Below, one piece after another: positions 1-64,000 of a stretch of DNA of 64,000 nucleotides. The stretch's first letter is position 1, and every line of letters begins with the position of its first letter. The notes beneath the pieces were generated by a model. The model was not told the origin of the DNA, ran no database searches, and worked only from the letters and a program-made list of their open reading frames with translations. A program made the translations under genes and the position numbers. This DNA is from the human T2T-CHM13v2.0 reference genome, Homo sapiens, in assembly GCF_009914755.1 (NCBI RefSeq), contig NC_060941.1; one strand, given 5' to 3'.

Positions 1-527
<527 letters not shown>

Positions 528-2449
528 AGCCAACAAAGCTTTTTTTCAGTGAGTGATTCCAGCCCTTGATGCATAGGAGGGTGGGGTCCATAGGAGTGTA
601 GCCTTAACTGATGAATTAAATCTCTGGGTGATGTGAGATATGTGCCAGGTTCTTGGCTTATGTCTCCCTCTAGTACTTTAGGAACTTCCCAACTAGATGG
701 AGGCAGTAAAAATGGGCCCTGCCAGGATGTACCTATAACAGAGACGTTCAACCATACCCTTGTGCTGTCTGCCTTTAATCACGAAGATTATGAGCTAAGA
801 TTCGTGGATGCATTTTTATTTTTTAACCAACATGTAGCAATGATCACTCAGATAGGCATCTTAAATCCATTAGTTTGGGTTGGATTTAAGACCGTTGTCA
901 TTCCTATGAAAGGGAAGATAGCCCAGATTGCTATTGAGAAGGCTTTGTCAGATGCATTCCAGAAACTGTTGATTGTGGTTCTAGGTAAAACTTTCTTAAT
1001 CGTCGTTGAAGTACTTCAGTTTCAGTGAGCAAATAAACTCATTTTGAAAAGTTAATTGGATAAAAATATCGATATCTAAAACACTCCCTAGGATGCTTTC
1101 ATTTGCTAAGTTCTTTCACAGCGACAGGCTCAAATTTGTTCTTTGTGACATTTGTAGAAAAAATGACAGCAAATATTGTCCCTAGTTTATAGCTATAAAA
1201 GGACTTGCCTCAGGTCACACAGAAAATGTTTGAGGCAGGTCTTCTTTAATTGCATGCCTATCGTACAGAATAGTGATTATAAGCCCTGGACACATGGATT
1301 TGAGTCCTAACTCTGTCTCTTAGATTTTTGTATGCAGTTTTAGGTCTTATGGCCAGAGAGATTTGAAGATATTTAATATCTCTAAGCTGCAATCTTTATC
1401 TGCAAACTGGGGTTAGTAATCCAATCAACCTTATTGCTGATATTGTAAGAAAAAATGAGATGACAAGTGTAAAAACTCAGAACTATACTTACAAGGTAAG
1501 CAGACAAAATATGCTATTGTTGTGATTGTTTTCTCTCTGAATAAATAAACTCTGCTGAAGAATTTATTAGATTATGTTTCTCGAATCGAGAATTCAGTTC
1601 CAGCTCTCATTTCTGGCACTGACATATTGGCCAAATATGATTCTTATACAATAATCAGCTGCTTTGCTGTGAGCCTTGGAAGTGGTCATGCTGTTGAATG
1701 GCACTGCTTGTATTTCCTATTCAGTTCTACAGTGGCACAAATGTCATAGCCTGTGCCCAAAGGAAACCTGGTGTTTAACGAGTCCCTGAACAGAGTTGCC
1801 TTTCTGCTTCACAACCCTGAAGGCTTAGAGACTGAGATTGTAATTAAGTTACTACAGACCTTTATTTGCTTGTAAGAGGTGGCCCTGATTGCTCTCAGCT
1901 TTCCAACCTGGGCAGCCCTTCTAGTGAAAGTCTTACTTCCTTGGTCATCAACTGTCAAGTCTGAGTAATGACATTTAATAACCAAGCTAAATGTGTGGGT
2001 TGTCTACCCCTCCCTAGTATGCAAAGGTATCCCTTGCACACACTCACTTCTTAGACCAAAAGCCTTATAGTTCTAGTTTGCCTTGAAGGAAATTGTATTG
2101 TCTATAGAGTATGTGGGCCATTTTCTGCCCGTAAAATGTTCAAATGTTTTCTCTCTCTAAAGCTTTGTTCATTGTATCTGGTGGAATTTTGGTTCTCAGG
2201 GAGTAGACACCTAGCCATGCTTCTAATGTGAAGTGTCTACTAGCCCAGTGGTCTCTATTTTGGATTTGAACTTACTTCGACCCCCCACCTGGTGCCTTAC
2301 CTTTTAATCATGTTATGATTGAACATTTTTATTTCCACATTTTTTATTTCTTACGTTATTATTCCTTAGTTCCTATCTGTAAGATCATAAAGTCCTTTGA
2401 ACCAAACACAGTTGATATTTCATACATATGTTAAAAACTGAGCTGTGAG

Positions 2450-3585
<1,136 letters not shown>

Positions 3586-4057
3586 TCAAGGGTTTGATAA
3601 CATTGCCAGTATAACCATAATTCAAAACAAGCAGCAGAATTTGGAGGATAATTTGTTTAATTCTCAGGAAAATGTGAAACTCTGAAACTGCTTTTTGAGT
3701 GCAGGGTATTTCCGGGGCTTTTCCTAAAGTCTTAACCCTTGGCTCTGACCCCTTATTTGAAGTTTGGAGAGCAGAACCGAGGATTGTATTACTACAGTTG
3801 TGGACACAGGAGAGGGGTTAGTCTCCCCCCGCTCCAGGAGTAAGGGATGCTGGGCTGCTCGAACACAGGCCTTGTTAGAACTCCCTTCAAACAGGATCCC
3901 AGAGATGTGGGGAGAAGGTAACTGGCCTTAAGAATGATTGCGCTACAGCTTTTGAAAACTATAATGCCTTTCAAATATGGCTTATTGCTTGGATCTCAAT
4001 ATCTCCCACGTATCTTGGGTGGAATATTTTGCTGAAGATCTTTCTGTCAATCATTTA

Positions 4058-4756
<699 letters not shown>

Positions 4757-5110
4757 CATATGAAAGCTCTTAAATAGGGATTGTTTCTAAATTAATCTCA
4801 AAACAGTCATTATTTACTATTTATGGAATTTTTTTTAAAAAAAGGAGCAAAAGTATCATTTCAGTGGGAACTTAACTTGGGGCTACAGTGTTTTATTTAA
4901 CTTTTACCCCAAAGTTGCAAAGTGTTTTGAAATTTTTCCCTGTAAAATAATTATTTTAATTCAATTTAAATAAAACCCACCAAGGAGACTTCAAGCTTTA
5001 AGAAGTCTAGCTTCCTGTGAAATGTGAGAGGAAGTCAGCACTCATTTCAGAAATCTGATTATAACAATAGCTCCATCCCTAAATGAGGTGAATCTTGGAA
5101 TCTCTTCCAT

Positions 5111-5412
<302 letters not shown>

Positions 5413-6236
5413 CCCCTTCAATTTTAAAGCCATCACTATGCACCCTATGTCTATGCCAGGCACTAAAATAAGATGAAGCACCTTCTTGGAGTTTACATGC
5501 TGGTAATTATGCCAGACAGTAATAAAATAGGTAAGAACGGCTGTGGGGGAAGTCAGCTGGGTTCTAGTTACAGTCGCATTTCAGGAAATGATTTAACATG
5601 CTGACTTTAACAACCTAAGCCTCTTCTCCATGTGTGCACACAGGGTAGATCTCTGAACACAGGTGACCCTAGAAGTGCTGTAACTTCTAGGGGAATGGCT
5701 GTGTTGAGTCAAGGCAGGATGACAGTTCAGCCTCCTCCCAGGCTAGTGCAAAGGGCTCTTCACTCGGATTAAAACCTTCTCTCCCAGACCGAATTGCCAA
5801 CTCCCAACACCCCTCCTACAGAAAATGTGGAGTCCTCGCTTATTCCCTGGCAGCCCCTACCTAATAGGGTGGTGAATTAATTATCAAACATGCGACAGTT
5901 TAGCGAAAATGGCAACACTTTGGAATAAGTGACTGTAATGTGCATCCTGGCGCCCATTTTGCAGGTCAGTTGCTCTCCCTGGAAGGAAGAGTGTTCTCGG
6001 ATTTCACCTTAAAGGAGGAAGGCTGCCAGAACTGAACTAGCACTTCTGAATATCCTGAGGCGAGGTCCGGTGACTTCCTTGGGAAGCTCTGCCGCGCCCC
6101 CACCCCACCCTACCCCACCCTACCCCACCACAGCAGGCGCTGGAGTCCTGGGACCACCAGGGTCTGAGGCCCAAATCCTTCCTCACTAAGGGGAGGAGAG
6201 GGGTGTTCCGGCAGGGCAGGATGGGAAGGCGTGCTT

Positions 6237-6320
6237 GGGCGGGATTGTGACATAAGAGTGCCCTGGTGACATGGAGCAGATCTGTGACATAAATAAAGGT
6301 GTCATAAAGACAGGGCGGGG
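6237..6320 (+). promoter_or_regulatory. Proximal promoter: GTGACAT/GTGTCAT motif cluster between two GC boxes, with TAAATAAA
   Basis: GGGCGGGA 6237; TGTGACATAA 6246 and 6283; GGTGACATGG 6265; GGTGTCATAA 6298; GGGCGGGG 6313; all within about 125 bp of the ATG. Confidence 0.55.
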
Positions 6321-6331
6321 CTCACGCTTAG

Positions 6332-49229
<42,898 letters not shown>

Positions 49230-49273
49230 GAGGAGAACACAGCCCACCTCAGGCCTCCTGCAAAAATACATAG

Positions 49274-49279
49274 AATAAA
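49274..49279 (+). terminator. Polyadenylation signal AATAAA of LRRC37A2 (short 3' UTR)
   Basis: AATAAA about 45 nt after the stop codon. Confidence 0.75.
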
Positions 49280-49759
49280 CAACAACAGTTACTAAATGAA
49301 TGAAAATTGTGATTCCGATGAAGCCTGCCAGAGAAACAAAGCATTTTTTAAAAGAGGAAATAAGGTGATATCTGATTAGGGCAAACATGATGCAGACAAG
49401 AAATGCACCGGTTCAGAGGAGGGAAGGTCAGGCCGCCTGGGGAGAGTCCATGAAAAAGATGGAACGTGCCAGATGCTGTACCTGGTGCTGGGAAAGAGTT
49501 GACTAGGCCAGCATCCCTTTCCTCAAAGGGGGGGCTCCTAGACTGGGGGGAGGGCTGGACATCTGAATACATCCTGAGGAGACAGTGTGGGACAGCATGG
49601 TGGCAGTGGAACCAGCCGTGGTTCTGCTCTTGGTCGGCTGGAAAGGAGTAGATGTAAGGGATGGTTTAGAAGAAGGGAAGTGGAAGAAAAGTTTTCTGAG
49701 CTGACAAGAGGAAGGAAAGGCCGCCTAGAAGGACATTAAAAAGGCAAGAGAAGCCCTAA

Positions 49760-50869
49760 GCAGAGTGAGCACCAGACTCCACAGGTTAAGGGCTCAGTCA
49801 CACAGAACCATCCGCATGTCAGACCCCAGGTGCAAGGCCAAGCATCACCTATGCATCTGACCAACTGGCTGTAAATTGGAGGTCCCCACAACTCCCTCCT
49901 CAGGTTTGAACATTTGCTAGAACAGCTCATGGAACCCAGGAAAACAGTTTTCTTACTAGTGCTGATTTATTACAAAGGATATTTTAAAGGACACAAATGA
50001 TGAAGCCAGTTGAAGAGATACACAGGGTGAGGTTTGGAAGGGTCCTTGTGGAGTTGGGGTGCACCACTCTCCTGGAACATGGATGTGTTCGCCAACCCGG
50101 AAGCTCTCCAAGTCCTGTCTTTTAAGGAGTTTTCTGGAGGCTTTATCACGTAGGCATGATTGAGCTCCAGCTCTACTCCCCACGCCAGAGGATGGGGAAT
50201 GGGGCTGACAGCACAACGCTTCCAACCATAGGTCTTTTTGGTGACCAGTCCCCAAATAAGGAGCCCACCAAGAGTCACCTCATGAGAACAAAGGACGCTT
50301 CTATCACCCAGAAAATTCCAAGGGATTTAGGAGCTCTGTGTCAGGAACCAGGTTTAAGGACCAAATGTTAGAACAAAAGATGTGCAACCATAAAAAACAG
50401 CGAGATCATGTCTTTTGCAGGAACACAGATGGAGCTAGAGGCCATTATCCTCAGCAAACTAAGACAGGAACAGAAAACCAAATACTGTATGTTCTTTTAA
50501 GTGGGAGCAAAATGATGAGAACTCATAAACAACAGACACTGGGCCCTACCTGAGGGTGGAGGGTGGGAGGAGGGAGAGGAGCAGAAAAAACTATTGGGTA
50601 CTAGGCTTGGTACCTGGGTGATGAAATAATCTGTACAACAAACCCCCATGACACAAGTTTAGCTATATAACGAACGTGCATATGTACCCCCTAACCTAAA
50701 AGGAAAGTTTAAAAAGGAAAAAACACCTAGGAGAAAAGAAAAATGATAAATTAACAAAGGACAATGCTCTTAGCACCGCCATCATTCAGGAATTTCCAAG
50801 GGTTTTAGGAGCTTTGTGTTAGGAACTGGGGTCAGAGACCAAATATATATTTCTTCTTATGTTACACTA

Positions 50870-50870
<1 letters not shown>
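49760..50870. mobile_element. MER21-like ERV LTR interrupted by an L1PA 3' fragment
   Basis: ccacaggttaagggctcagtc...tctgaccaactggctgtaaattggagg...ttccaagggttttaggagct. Confidence 0.7.
50385..50716 (+). mobile_element. L1PA-type LINE 3' end fragment
   Basis: gagatcatgtcttttgcaggaaca...gccattatcctcagcaaacta...ctgtacaacaaacccccatgacacaagttta. Confidence 0.8.
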
Positions 50871-51329
<459 letters not shown>

Positions 51330-51613
51330 TCACACCTCCACATCCAGGTGTGCTGGAGAGCCCCACTTACACTTGGAGTGTCCTGGTGCCCTACCCACTT
51401 TTGGTAGGTGTTTGGGTGTCTGAGGCTTTGCAAAAGAAGAAGGTGGGGAGTCTATGGTGGAGTCACATGGTGGAGACCTAGCTAAGTCAGAGGCCTGGAG
51501 AGGTGTCACTGGCTGGGCAGCAGGTAACACACAATCATCCTGAGCTGATTGGAGAAACACCTGGGATTGATTCAGAGTTTTTTCTGGAATGTTTTCACTG
51601 GAATGAAAGCTGA

Positions 51614-52529
<916 letters not shown>

Positions 52530-52545
<16 letters not shown>

Positions 52546-53600
52546 CAAAGCCTATATTAAACCCTTTTATGCACACTCGGCGGTACTGCAGAGAGGGCAG
52601 GGAGGAAGCAGAGGTGCCCTGGCATCTTCAGCTGGAGGTGAGCAGGGCGCTGAGGGTGGGAGAGGCCCCGCGCCTGGGGATGGGAGGCAGGACTGCACCT
52701 TCACAGGGACGCTTCCACCCTACCCCGGAGGTCAGGGCCTCTCGCCCAGCTCTGGCTCTGAGGTCCTGGAGGGAGGGAGATGCTGTTGCGACTCAGAAGA
52801 TTGGGGGAGGGCCACCCCCATTCGAGAAGAGTGAAAATCCTGAGCCTGAAGAAGTGGAACCGGTTGGAGCCGAGGCTTTAGAGGATGGCGTTCGAAAGAG
52901 GGTCTGGCGCCGCCCTGTGGACCGTTCGGGCTCGCAGGGCCGAAGGCTCCGAAGACTGAGACCTGTGAACCATGGGGAGGCTCCATGCGGATGGGGGCCA
53001 CAGCCCCCGCCGGAGCCCCCACACTAGCCCTGGACTTCTCCACTGGCTTACGACATGAGAGCTCAATATGCTCCTTATTTAACGCACTGTTGTATCAGGT
53101 CCCTGTGGGAGCCACTGGCTCTATAGCCTAATAAAGGAGCGGGTGCACGCACTGGATTGGTGAGCTACCGCCACTGCAACGCGTCCTAATCAACCATCCT
53201 AAACGGCGGCTGGAACAAGGTTCTCGCAGGCCTGTGCTTGGGCTTGAACGCTGGTCCAGCCGCTGCGCTCTGTGGCTCCCTGTAGGCCTGCGGATCGGCC
53301 AGGGGGCTCCGTTCCTTTTGGGCGGAGGCTGAAGAAGCAGCGGCTGCACCAGAGAAGGCCCTCTGGGTGAAGGTGGGAGCGCACGGGGCCCGCGGAACCA
53401 CCTAAGGCGACTTCAGACGTGGGCTCGGAACTGGCAGCCTTTCGTTTCTGCTTCATTCCAAGGCCAGAGCAAGCCACGTGGGCAAACCCAAAGCCAGGGG
53501 ACAGGAAAGTATCCTCCACCCACAACGAAACCATGGCAAGCGGTGGATGCAGGTACGGCCAATAGTCTATCTATCCCGGTGAGTGAGGAGACCTGCTTTG
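52530..53600. promoter_or_regulatory. GC/CpG-rich island-like segment
   Basis: Visibly higher GC and CpG content than the flanks, outside Alu sequence; ATTGG (reverse CCAAT) at 53156; no formal CpG ratio computed. Confidence 0.5.
53199..53534 (-). ncRNA. FAM215B: FAM215-family (FAM215B-like) locus: 111-codon ORF homologous to FAM215A/APR-2, probably a non-coding transcript; transcript ends not determinable
   Basis: MVSLWVEDTF...GMKQKRK...HLHPEGLLWCSRCFFS...QAQAQACENLVPA matches the recalled FAM215A ORF. It ends GTT TAG GAT GGT TGA, where FAM215A is recalled as VWDG. Confidence 0.7.
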
Positions 53601-54138
53601 AGGGTTGCACAACCTGGATCTGCTTTTACAGTGGTGTCTGTCACTATGAAGACTCCACCATGGGTCGCCATCAGGTCAGGGACCCTGACAAGGCAAGAAC
53701 TGCATCTTCCTCTGCACACAGCTCTGCTCCCTTCCCCGCCATGCCTAACACCAAGCCTAGCCCTGAGGGATGACTCAGGAATATTACTGAGAGCATTTTA
53801 GGCCATTCCTTCATTATCCCCATGTGACTTGTTATGAAATATAGACTGACTTCCTGAAGATCAGCACATAGTGCTAAGTATTTGGCTTGTAATCTGTAGA
53901 GACTCTGCCATTTGGAGCTGGGATCTGTCCCCAGAGCTGTCAGACACCAAATCCCGTATCTACTGCCACCCAAAGGGACCTCCAGAAGAAAGGGGTTATA
54001 CAGGGTCAAACACCAAGGCAGGTTAGTGAAATTTCTCTAGAGGCCATTTAAAGCTGGAGTCTCACCACCTGAACTGCCCTCAGAGGAAGGCTGTCTAGGG
54101 CACAAACCTAGTCAGGGGTCCACATGGACTTAAGGACA

Positions 54139-64000
<9,862 letters not shown>

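Noticed and set aside
633-1028. 131-aa ORF as an independent gene
   Set aside because: Only 906-984 is RDM1-like; the rest is intronic read-through around a pseudogene exon
50293-50866. Direct repeat (ttccaaggg.tttaggagct.tgtgt.aggaac) flanking the L1PA piece
   Set aside because: Recalled as an internal duplication of the MER21 consensus, not a novel structure

Overview
Human genomic DNA from the 17q21.31 segmental-duplication region, dense in Alu and L1 repeats. The + strand carries a complete 14-exon LRRC37A-family gene (ATG 6362, stop 49229). Every intron is GT-AG and in frame, giving 5103 nt or 1700 aa: signal peptide, P/E/T/Q-rich repeat stalk, six LRR exons, Cys-rich cap, conserved ectodomain, one TM helix and a short tail. 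It is most likely LRRC37A2, a paralogue call made from recalled residues and the neighbouring genes. Directly upstream lie the last three exons of an unprocessed RDM1 pseudogene, ending about 320 bp before the ATG. The - strand carries 3' exons of ARL17A: an LTR-derived terminal exon (51280-51006), and an alternative route through an exonised Alu (22369-22285) to a terminal exon whose acceptor mirrors the LRRC37A exon-2 donor (11080). A FAM215-type CpG-rich ORF region sits in the ARL17 intron. Also present are an SVA nested in an Alu within old L1 sequence, a 7SL pseudogene, and MER21, Tigger3, MER2 and MER20 elements. There are no prokaryotic features or CRISPR arrays. I cannot establish a wholly new system; the strongest lead is the interlocked sense/antisense architecture built from pseudogene and retroelement parts. 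Gene and repeat names come from recall, not a database search, and repeat boundaries are approximate.
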